Origin: Verrucomicrobiales bacterium
GTDB lineage: Bacteria; Verrucomicrobiota; Verrucomicrobiia; Verrucomicrobiales; DEV007
Reading direction: 5' to 3'
Assembly (NCBI GenBank): GCA_029940475.1
Contig: JAPYUT010000009.1
Coordinates: 16,605-80,604, forward strand
Length of the DNA stretch: 64,000 nucleotides
Made by a program: the position numbers and the translations under genes. Below, one piece after another: positions 8,345 through 16,165 of the stretch. The notes beneath the pieces were generated by a model. That model saw nothing but the letters and a program-made list of their open reading frames with translations. It searched no databases and had not been told where the DNA came from. How positions within the stretch are numbered: position 1 is the stretch's first letter; every line of letters starts with the position of its first letter.

Positions 8345-10525
8345 GTGACTTGGTTTTTAGAGCTATACTTTTATGCTCAACCCCCCCCTCCCCCAATGAG
8401 ATGCATTCTGATAACGTCTCTTTTGCGCAACGCAAAAGGGCAAGGCATTCTATACATAAGCGCTTGCGTTAATATTACAGTATCGAGCCCTGCTGATGCG
8501 GGTTCGGCTGCGAGAATCTGGAATGAGCAGAATCTGACTGCTATCCGGATGGATATTCCCCATCCCCCCGTGCATGCGCGCAACCTCTTTCATGTTTCAG
8601 TGGCGATGTGGGACGCATGGGCTGCTTATGATTCACTGGCAGTCGGATACATTCATAATGAAGTGGCTATTGCACCTGACCCCGGTGGCGATGGCGTGGA
8701 TGCCGCGGATATCGCAATTGCCCGGCAGGAGGCGATCAGCTTTGCTGCATTTCGGGTGCTCTCGGCACGCTACATGCACTCTGTGAATGCGCTGCAGACA
8801 GCGACTGATCTTTCGCAGCAGATGGTAGAGCTTGGTTACGATGAGTCCAATACATCAATTGTCGGCGATACACCGGCAACTCTGGGCAATCGCATTGCAG
8901 AATCGATTCTTGCCTTTTTTCTGGATGACGGGGCCAATGAGGCTGGAGAGTATGAGGATTTCACGTATTCGTCGGTGAATGATCCCGTGCCCCTTGACGA
9001 ACCGGCGTTCACTTTGGTGACTATCTTGGATGTGAATCGCTGGGCGCCATTGGCGTTCGGTGATTTTGCCCTGACACAGAATGGGATCCAGGCCGACCTG
9101 ATACAGACATATCTGGGATCCCAATGGTGGCGGGTTCGCTCTTTTGCCCTGTTGAGGAGGGAGACTCACGAGGAGGCTTACCTGGATCCGGGTGAACCGC
9201 CACAACTCGGGGGGATCGGGGATGCTCAATTCAAGGAGAATATCAATGCTGTCCTGCGTTACAGCAGCAGGCTGGATCCCGCGGATCCCACGACGATAAA
9301 CATTTCGCCACAGGTGTACGGCAACAATATCCTCGGTCAGCATGACGGCAGCGGCCACGGGGACAACCCGGTCACCGGCCAGCCGTATGCAGATAATATC
9401 GTCAAGCATGCGGATTACGGCAGGGTGATCGCCGAGTTCTGGGCTGACGGGCCGGATTCGGAAACGCCGCCGGGTCACTGGAATGTTGTTGCCAACGAGG
9501 TTACCGATCATGCCGACGTTGTTTTCAGGATTGGCGGTTCCGGTCCTGTTGTCGATGAACTTGAGTGGGACGTGAAGCGTTACATGGTAATCAATGGCGC
9601 GATGCACGATGCGGCAATAGCCGCCTGGACCTGCAAGCGTGTATACGACTATGGTCGTCCGATCGTCATGTGCCGCTATATGGGCTTACAAGGTCAGTCT
9701 TCTGATCCCAATTCCTTGGATCCGTTTATCCAGTCGACTTATAGTCCCGAAGGTTTAAAGCTTGAGCCGGGGTTGGTGGAAGTGATCACCCCGCAGTCGG
9801 CAATGCCGGGCGCGAGGCATGAACACCTGAACGAATACATAGGTTCGATTGCTGTTCGCACCTGGAAAGGGGAACCTGCTGATCCGGAGACAGAGGCAGG
9901 CGGGGTCGGCTGGATTCCTGCCATGAACTGGCTGCCCTACCAGCGTGACACTTTTGTTACGCCTGCGTTTGCCGCTTACGTGTCAGGCCATTCCTGTTTC
10001 TCACGTGCCGGGGCGGAGGTTCTCAGCCGCTTTACCGGCAGTCCTTATTTTCCGGGAGGACTTGCCGAGCACACCGAAGCGGCTGGATCGCTGGCATTTG
10101 AACTGGGACCGGACAGTGACGTGACCTTGCAGTGGGCGAGTTATTATGATGCGTCTGATGAGGCGGGTATCTCGCGTATCTACGGGGGAATTCATGTTTC
10201 CCCCGATGATCTCCCCGGGCGGGTCATGGGCTCAAAAGTGGGTATTGCCGCCTATGAGCTGGCCAGCAGATACTGGGACGGAAGCATTCTCAGGGAACCG
10301 GTGACAATGGAAGTCAGCTATGACCAGGCAACTTCAATCGTCAGCTTGAGCTGGCATCAGACGATCGGCTTGTTTTACAAGCTGGAATCATCCTCTGATT
10401 TCACCACGTGGACCGACCTTACGGGATTTGTCCGTGCAGAGGACTCTCAAGGTTCATTCGGTGAGGAGGTGGTGGCACCGGCGAGGAGTTACTTCCGTAT
10501 CGTTCGCAACTCGACCGGGCCCTAG
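8345..10525 (+). CDS. PAP2 / vanadium-haloperoxidase-superfamily protein with a C-terminal beta-sandwich-like module
   Basis: 726-aa ORF. The full tripartite acid-phosphatase/haloperoxidase motif is present: K-x6-RP (KRVYDYGRP), SGH (YVSGHS) and SR-x5-H-x3-D (SRIYGGIHVSPDD). The true start is uncertain: the ORF opens at a GTG and no clear signal peptide is visible. Confidence 0.65.
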   Translation: MTWFLELYFYAQPPPPPMRCILITSLLRNAKGQGILYISACVNITVSSPADAGSAARIWNEQNLTAIRMDIPHPPVHARNLFHVSVAMWDAWAAYDSLAVGYIHNEVAIAPDPGGDGVDAADIAIARQEAISFAAFRVLSARYMHSVNALQTATDLSQQMVELGYDESNTSIVGDTPATLGNRIAESILAFFLDDGANEAGEYEDFTYSSVNDPVPLDEPAFTLVTILDVNRWAPLAFGDFALTQNGIQADLIQTYLGSQWWRVRSFALLRRETHEEAYLDPGEPPQLGGIGDAQFKENINAVLRYSSRLDPADPTTINISPQVYGNNILGQHDGSGHGDNPVTGQPYADNIVKHADYGRVIAEFWADGPDSETPPGHWNVVANEVTDHADVVFRIGGSGPVVDELEWDVKRYMVINGAMHDAAIAAWTCKRVYDYGRPIVMCRYMGLQGQSSDPNSLDPFIQSTYSPEGLKLEPGLVEVITPQSAMPGARHEHLNEYIGSIAVRTWKGEPADPETEAGGVGWIPAMNWLPYQRDTFVTPAFAAYVSGHSCFSRAGAEVLSRFTGSPYFPGGLAEHTEAAGSLAFELGPDSDVTLQWASYYDASDEAGISRIYGGIHVSPDDLPGRVMGSKVGIAAYELASRYWDGSILREPVTMEVSYDQATSIVSLSWHQTIGLFYKLESSSDFTTWTDLTGFVRAEDSQGSFGEEVVAPARSYFRIVRNSTGP

Positions 10526-10529
10526 AGAA

Positions 10530-11288
10530 TCAGCATTTCTTCAGCACTGCCAACCAGTCCCAGGGAAAGGGTTCATGCATCCAGCGGGGCGGGTCGTGAA
10601 ATTCAGTGTTCCAAGGGTATTCAATTTTCCGGGTGACTTGTACCTCAAAATTGAATCGCTTGGCTGTCGTTGATATTTCCGTTTCAAGGTAGTGCTTGGT
10701 CAGCATTCCTGCGCAATCCAGGATTCCCCCGCGGGCGATGCTTATGCCATCGGGGTCTTTATTGCCGAAGCCGGATTGCAATGCCCTCCCGGGGGACTGT
10801 CCGTCACGCAGGTTCCATTCCACCAACCTGTGCCTGGTCAGCAAAGCCGATTCAAGTGAGGGAATGACAAGGGCCACATGCCCGCCAGGGAGGACCGCTT
10901 CCGCAAGGTTTTGCCACATCTTTTGCCGGGCGGCAAGAGAGGCGGTGATGATGACATTGACACAGAGGACAAAGTCGGAAGGCAACGAATCGGGAGGGGA
11001 CTTGCGCAAATCACATGCGCTGAAAGTGACATTCCCGAGGTTACCATGTTGGGTGTGTGCACTATCCAGCATGGCTCTGGAATAGTCGCAGGCATGGACT
11101 TTACCAAAGTTCCCGGCCAGTAGTGGCAGGAATTTACCCACTCCGCAACCCAGGTCGGTTGCTTGCCCCTGATTGGTGCCAAACCGTTTAATGAAGGCCT
11201 TAATCTTCCCCTCGCGGTCATTATCAAAAACACTCAGGACTTCGCCTTCGTAGTCACCTGCCGCTTTTTTCCAGTCACCGGGCTCCAT
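10530..11288 (-). CDS. class I SAM-dependent methyltransferase
   Basis: 252 aa. SAM-binding motif I is DLGCGVGKF, followed by VHACDYS and a later LPGGHVALVIPS segment. The start codon directly abuts the stop of the upstream hydrolase gene. Confidence 0.7.
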   Translation of the reverse strand: MEPGDWKKAAGDYEGEVLSVFDNDREGKIKAFIKRFGTNQGQATDLGCGVGKFLPLLAGNFGKVHACDYSRAMLDSAHTQHGNLGNVTFSACDLRKSPPDSLPSDFVLCVNVIITASLAARQKMWQNLAEAVLPGGHVALVIPSLESALLTRHRLVEWNLRDGQSPGRALQSGFGNKDPDGISIARGGILDCAGMLTKHYLETEISTTAKRFNFEVQVTRKIEYPWNTEFHDPPRWMHEPFPWDWLAVLKKC

Positions 11289-12152
11289 TTATTCTTTTTC
11301 CGCATCCTTGTCTTTTGGCAGATAGCCAAGTGATGCCAGGAAAAGGTCCATCTTGGCCACCGTGTCCCTGTAGGCCGAGCCGTCACCGCGACCAAAATTA
11401 AAGAAACCGTGCTTGGCCTCATTATAGGAGTGTAACTCACAGCGTGGCCCGGTCTTCTTCATTACCGCCTTGAAATCGGCCGCGTTCTTATGTGGCACCG
11501 TGGTGTCCGCCTTGCCGTGGAAGATGCAGGTCGGGGGAGTTTTTTTGGATATATGATGCAATGGCGAGATTTCCCTCCAGCGATCTCCCAGCTTATTGGT
11601 TCCGTATCCCTTGGGTGAAGTGTCACACACCGGGTTGAACAATACCATTGCTGCCGGCATTGAAGAGACCTGCTTGTTACCGGCTTCGAAGCCTGTAAGA
11701 GTGCCGGTGCAGGCTGCCACGTGTCCACCGGCGGAGCCGCCGCCGGCAATGATTTTTGCGGGATCTACTCCCAATTCAGCAGCATGTTCACGAACCCACC
11801 GGATTGCTGATTTTCCATCCTCAACACAGGAGAACGGATCAGTTTTATGACTCTTCTTTGTGCGATACTCGGCACTGATTGCAACCAATCCCTTCGAGGC
11901 AAGGTGATCACAGTGCGAATAGAATTGCCCGGGAGTTCCACCTACCCATCCTCCCCCAAAGAAGAACACAATGGCAGGACGCTTGTCACCCGGATCCCAG
12001 TCCTGTGGTTTATAAACGTGGAGCTGAAGATTGCCCCCTTCAACTTTCTTGAAGATCAGCTTTTCGTCAGGTGCCCGGGGTTTGGCAACGGCTGTTGAGG
12101 CGACCAGGAGGGCAGCCAGAACTGGAGTAAACCGGAAAAGGTTGTTTGGCAT
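11289..12152 (-). CDS. secreted alpha/beta-hydrolase (esterase/lipase-type)
   Basis: 287 aa with a signal peptide. Oxyanion-region motif FFFGGGWVGG, nucleophile motif GGSAGGH, and a C-terminal HGKADTTVP...KHGF. Confidence 0.75.
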   Translation of the reverse strand: MPNNLFRFTPVLAALLVASTAVAKPRAPDEKLIFKKVEGGNLQLHVYKPQDWDPGDKRPAIVFFFGGGWVGGTPGQFYSHCDHLASKGLVAISAEYRTKKSHKTDPFSCVEDGKSAIRWVREHAAELGVDPAKIIAGGGSAGGHVAACTGTLTGFEAGNKQVSSMPAAMVLFNPVCDTSPKGYGTNKLGDRWREISPLHHISKKTPPTCIFHGKADTTVPHKNAADFKAVMKKTGPRCELHSYNEAKHGFFNFGRGDGSAYRDTVAKMDLFLASLGYLPKDKDAEKE

Positions 12153-12209
12153 GCCCGACTTTGGACAGGGAATGATCTTTTTACAAGGATTCCGGCGGCG
12201 ACGTTGGCT

Positions 12210-13916
12210 TTACTTGGGGCGTCCGGTGTCAAAGATTTCAATAACCTCGTTTGTATCAAGAGCGCGTCCGAAAATGGCTAATTCATCGATGCGCCCGGTA
12301 AGGTTCCTGACAGGTCTTTTGCCGTTCGGGAGTTTGCCGGCGAAGTTTCCGATTTCCAAATCGCTAAAAGTGACACGGAGTACATTTTTTTCGTGGGGTG
12401 GGCTCTGTCCCCAGGCGCGGGCCTTGGAGATTTCCTTGCCATTGAGGAAGTGCTTAACTGAATTATTGATCGAGTCATAGATTGTCACCAGATGGTGCCA
12501 TTTGTTAATGGAATTGGCGGTGAACACGACAGGTGAATTATAATGGTGAACTTTGTTTTCATCATTAGCCCGAATAGAAAAACGGATTCTTCCATCACGC
12601 TGGATTGTCCAATCGAATGCGCCGATTTTTCTGCTATGGCTGGAGAGAAGTGAAACCAGGTGCTTTCGTGGTGGGGCATCAAACCGGATCCAGGTACTGA
12701 AAGTAAGCACCTGGTGGCTTCCCGTGGAGTTGATCCTGACACGGTCGCTTGCGCGACTGAACTCAAGGGAACCCTTGCTTGGCCAGCGTCCGTTGGTCCA
12801 GCGGCATCCGACAATTGCGCCGTGGGTGAACATTTTCTTGTAGACCGCCTGATTGACCAACTGGCGTTCTCGGGGTCCCTGATCTTCAAATGTGTAAAGG
12901 GCGAGGATATCTGCATCTGCACGCATTCGCTCAACGAGATGAGTCCATTTAGTGTGACGCAGCGTGGAATTCTCAAGTGAGTTGTGGGCAATGTCCTCAT
13001 AGGACACAAATGCCATTGAATTTGCCTCAATATTATGGGTGCGATTTGTCTGGATTTTCAGGGCCTCGCCGGATTGCAGATGCCGGATTGCCGTTGTCTT
13101 TTCGCGGCCGTTTTTCTGCGGGGGAGCGCCATGGACTGCAAGCTGCCCATTGAAGCAGTGGATTTCGGTCATGTGCCCGTCTTCCTCGATACTGACACCG
13201 AATTCACCGGCCGGGTGCGCTATATCAACATGTGATGTGTTCAGGGTAAATCCCTTTGCCTGTCCGGGAATGTGTGCACGTATTCTTCCCTCACCGAGTG
13301 TCCCGCTGTTCTCCGAGGTCAGGTCGAGGACCGAAGGCCCCTCCAGGATAACGCGGGCCCCGCTGTAGAATTCGATTTCCGCAATACCGGACTCGAGGCG
13401 TAATTCACCGAGGGGAAGGATTCCCCCGTTCTTTAACGGCTGAAGCTCTCCATTGCCGAAGCTGGCGTCGACTGTGCCCATGAGGATTGCAACACCATTA
13501 TCGATGGGGATCTCAGTGGCTTTAAGTTGGCTGCCAGTCAATGGGTTCTTCTTGCCGGAGAATAATGCAATTGAGCCCGCGAGAAACATCAGGCCGGCAG
13601 CAGCTGCAAACCAGGGCAGGGGTCTCCAACTCGGGTTGAGAATCTGTTTTGTGCTCTGTCCACGGAAGAACAGGGATGTCGTCTTGGAAAGATCCAGCGG
13701 AACTGTCTTGCGGCCGATTTCAATGGACGGCTTGCAACTGCATTCCAGATCAGTGTCTGCACACATCTGGCTGTAGTCCAAATAGAACTCGCAGGCCTCA
13801 GGATCACCTTTTAACAAGGCTTCAATACGTGCGGTATCCGCCCGTGAGGCGGTGCCGTCATGGAGGGCGGAAAGTAGCTTCTCAAGCTCCACGAATTTTG
13901 CCAGCTTACCGTTCAT
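12210..13916 (-). CDS. FecR-family anti-sigma factor with C-terminal LamG (concanavalin-like) domain
   Basis: 568 aa, directly downstream of the ECF sigma gene. Features in order: a helical N-terminal anti-sigma-like segment; a TM (WFAAAAGLMFLAGSIALF); a FecR-like region (GELRLESGIAEIEFYSGARVILEGPSVLDL); and a LamG-like C-terminus (LTFSTWIRFD, WHHLVTIYD, GRIDELAIFGRAL). Confidence 0.65.
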   Translation of the reverse strand: MNGKLAKFVELEKLLSALHDGTASRADTARIEALLKGDPEACEFYLDYSQMCADTDLECSCKPSIEIGRKTVPLDLSKTTSLFFRGQSTKQILNPSWRPLPWFAAAAGLMFLAGSIALFSGKKNPLTGSQLKATEIPIDNGVAILMGTVDASFGNGELQPLKNGGILPLGELRLESGIAEIEFYSGARVILEGPSVLDLTSENSGTLGEGRIRAHIPGQAKGFTLNTSHVDIAHPAGEFGVSIEEDGHMTEIHCFNGQLAVHGAPPQKNGREKTTAIRHLQSGEALKIQTNRTHNIEANSMAFVSYEDIAHNSLENSTLRHTKWTHLVERMRADADILALYTFEDQGPRERQLVNQAVYKKMFTHGAIVGCRWTNGRWPSKGSLEFSRASDRVRINSTGSHQVLTFSTWIRFDAPPRKHLVSLLSSHSRKIGAFDWTIQRDGRIRFSIRANDENKVHHYNSPVVFTANSINKWHHLVTIYDSINNSVKHFLNGKEISKARAWGQSPPHEKNVLRVTFSDLEIGNFAGKLPNGKRPVRNLTGRIDELAIFGRALDTNEVIEIFDTGRPK

Positions 13917-13958
13917 ACTGATTGTTCTTACCTCTTGATGTCGTGAATTGATGATTTC

Positions 13959-14486
13959 TCAACCTGGTTGTTCCGCAGCGAGTGTTTTTTCGATACAAAT
14001 CATCAAATTATGGCGGATTCGGTAGAGAGTTTGCGAGATCGCTCCGACTGTACGCTGCTGTTCAGCAGCGATCTGCTGCACCGATGCCCCTGGCTGGTAG
14101 CGCGCTTCTACCAGTTTACGATGATGCTCCGGGAGCTTCTGCAGGCAGTTGCGCAGTGCCCTGCTGCGGTCGAGAACTCCTTCTTCTGCGATACGGTGAT
14201 CATTGCGTTCGGCCAGGTAATCAAGGATATCATCATCAAAGACGATTTTTTCCCGGGCCATTTTCCGCCGGAAGGCCAGGACATGAAAATATGCAACCCT
14301 GCAGGCCCAGGCATTAAAATTGGTACCTTCCTCGAAATCGTCCGCTTTTTTCCAGAGCGTAATGTTTGTTTCCTGGAGGAGATCCCGGGCCCTGTTACGG
14401 TCGAGAAGCAAGGTCACAATGTAGCCATATACAGGACCCTGCGCTTCGGTGAGAAGCCGAACGAATTCTTCGGAATCGGATTCCAT
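13959..14486 (-). CDS. ECF-type RNA polymerase sigma-70 family factor
   Basis: 175 aa. Region 2 is LLQETNITLWKK...FNAWACRVAYFHVLAFRR. The region 4 helix-turn-helix is ASVQQIAAEQQRTVGAISQTLYRIRHNL. Confidence 0.85.
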   Translation of the reverse strand: MESDSEEFVRLLTEAQGPVYGYIVTLLLDRNRARDLLQETNITLWKKADDFEEGTNFNAWACRVAYFHVLAFRRKMAREKIVFDDDILDYLAERNDHRIAEEGVLDRSRALRNCLQKLPEHHRKLVEARYQPGASVQQIAAEQQRTVGAISQTLYRIRHNLMICIEKTLAAEQPG

Positions 14487-14706
14487 TGTCAGTAATGTTT
14501 AAAGGCCCAGCTGACAATAGTAGCATAACAGAGACCAGAGTAAACCGAACTCACAGCGACGGCACCACACTGGTTCATTCAGCGGGTCCCTGGTTTTTCC
14601 CGGGTGGGGTCTTCGTGTCAGTTACAATTCAGGGGCAATGATTGCCAGAGTCTAAGATGTCACGAGACATCAAGGGATGCAAAATACCCTTTTCGGGAGG
14701 AGTTGG

Positions 14707-15378
14707 CTATCGTCGCGGACGTCGCAACAGGGCAAGGTTTGTCTCTTTAATGATATCCCGTTTGCGCTTGCGCGCGGGCATTAATATCAAGAGTAAGCCG
14801 CTGAGGCCTGCAGAGATGATGAGGATTAGATCCATGTCTATTTTGCCATCCTCAATAAAGCCGCTATTGCTTTTGAAAGTCCCCTTGGGGTTCTTCAAGG
14901 CTCGGGTCTTGAGAAGATTCACCACTTCTTTCTTGCGGTCACTGATGAGCAGTCTTCCGCTGGCGGAAAGTGATCCACTGTTCATAATACTCTCACTAAG
15001 GAAAAAAACGGGACTGCTGAGAATGCTTGCCTGATGGATGTGCGACGTATCCAATCCAATGTCGTCGTTATGCCATATCATTCCGGTATTGCCACTGTTC
15101 AGAAAATCGGAACAGTCTTTGGTGATCTGAGTTGCGGTTGCTGCCGGCCAGGAAATAGGCACAAGATTGCTGCCATCTTCAATGGCATGTATAACGACTG
15201 GCAGAGCATGTTGCGGCCGGTTATCAGCATGGCCGACACTGCCGGAAACGGAGTTGTCGTCATGGATTTGAAGCCCCATCACAAACGCTGCTGCCTGACT
15301 GCCCTGCATAGAGAGTCCAAGAAGGACGCAGCAAGTGCCAGCCAAGGTATAGAAAACTTGTGATTTTAAAGTGCCCAA
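14707..15378 (-). CDS. hypothetical exported protein with C-terminal TM segment and basic tail
   Basis: 223-aa ORF opening at a TTG. It has a signal-like N-terminus (TLAGTCCVLLGLSMQGSQAAA) and a C-terminal LILIISAGLSGLLLILMPARKRKRD, which resembles a PEP-CTERM-type anchor without the PEP motif. No recognisable catalytic motif. Confidence 0.4.
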   Translation of the reverse strand: MGTLKSQVFYTLAGTCCVLLGLSMQGSQAAAFVMGLQIHDDNSVSGSVGHADNRPQHALPVVIHAIEDGSNLVPISWPAATATQITKDCSDFLNSGNTGMIWHNDDIGLDTSHIHQASILSSPVFFLSESIMNSGSLSASGRLLISDRKKEVVNLLKTRALKNPKGTFKSNSGFIEDGKIDMDLILIISAGLSGLLLILMPARKRKRDIIKETNLALLRRPRR

Positions 15379-15834
15379 ATCCCCAAAATTTGTTATTTAT
15401 TTATTTCAACGCATAGGCAGACATCAGGGCAAGCCTTAAAGTGCAAATTTGTTATGGAAATTATAACCAAATTATGATTTCAGTCGGATTTACTGTTGGC
15501 TGTGTGTTACCCGGCGATTTTGTTCCGTAAAATAAAAGCATCACCACGGATTTGATCCTGTATTTGTAAAAACGAAAAAATCCTACGCCTTGACCGGTTC
15601 AGTCATTTCCTGATCGTTCGTTCCTTAAGGGGCTTAAGCGGCAAGGTTGGAGAGGGAGGCACGGTGCAAGGGATTTGCTGTTGTTTCGTTCTGCAAGTTG
15701 TCACTCTGGAGGCAATCTGGCCGGGGTGTTACGGTCACCATGGTGTCGTCGCAATTTGAGAATGAGAAATGACCGTGGCAGGAATCCTGTTGCCGTATTT
15801 TCTTCGCCAACGCGGAGTGCGTGAATACACACCA

Positions 15835-16082
15835 TTTTGTGAAATGCCCGGAAAACTTTGTGAATATCCAGTTTCCGCGAGGATTATTTTCACAGGGATT
15901 CTCACCGAGGCTTCTCTAAAGCCATCCCTTTCCTTCCTTTATTCGTGGGGTTTGAGGGAAGAGGGGGGTGGCAAATTCGATGAATGAGTGTGGATCTGTC
16001 CTGATCCACCAGTCAGGGTTACTATCTCTGTTGGGTGAAGCATGAAAGAGATAAGCATTATGCCCGGTGGCATTTCACAAAA
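15835..16082. repeat. perfect 14-bp inverted repeat (TTTTGTGAAATGCC / GGCATTTCACAAAA) bracketing 220 bp of non-coding DNA
   Basis: Left arm 15835..15848, right arm 16069..16082. Related TTTGTGAA copies lie at 15857..15869 and, inverted, at 15881..15894. Confidence 0.8.
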
Positions 16083-16165
16083 AACTACTCGTAGGTGTGG
16101 CAGTTCCATTACAATAGCAACACCGGAAAGTTGCTTTCCGCGAAGTTAATGCCTTAAATCCATTC

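Noticed and set aside
14487-14706. ECF-type autoregulated promoter (GAAC ... CGTC) upstream of the sigma factor gene.
   Set aside because: The only GAACC/CGTC pair seen on the minus strand is separated by about 11 nt, too short for an ECF promoter.
15769-15987. 72-aa ORF in the 787-bp intergenic gap.
   Set aside because: It has no ribosome-binding context, signal or motif. It spans the repeated TTTGTGAA motifs, which look regulatory or structural rather than coding.
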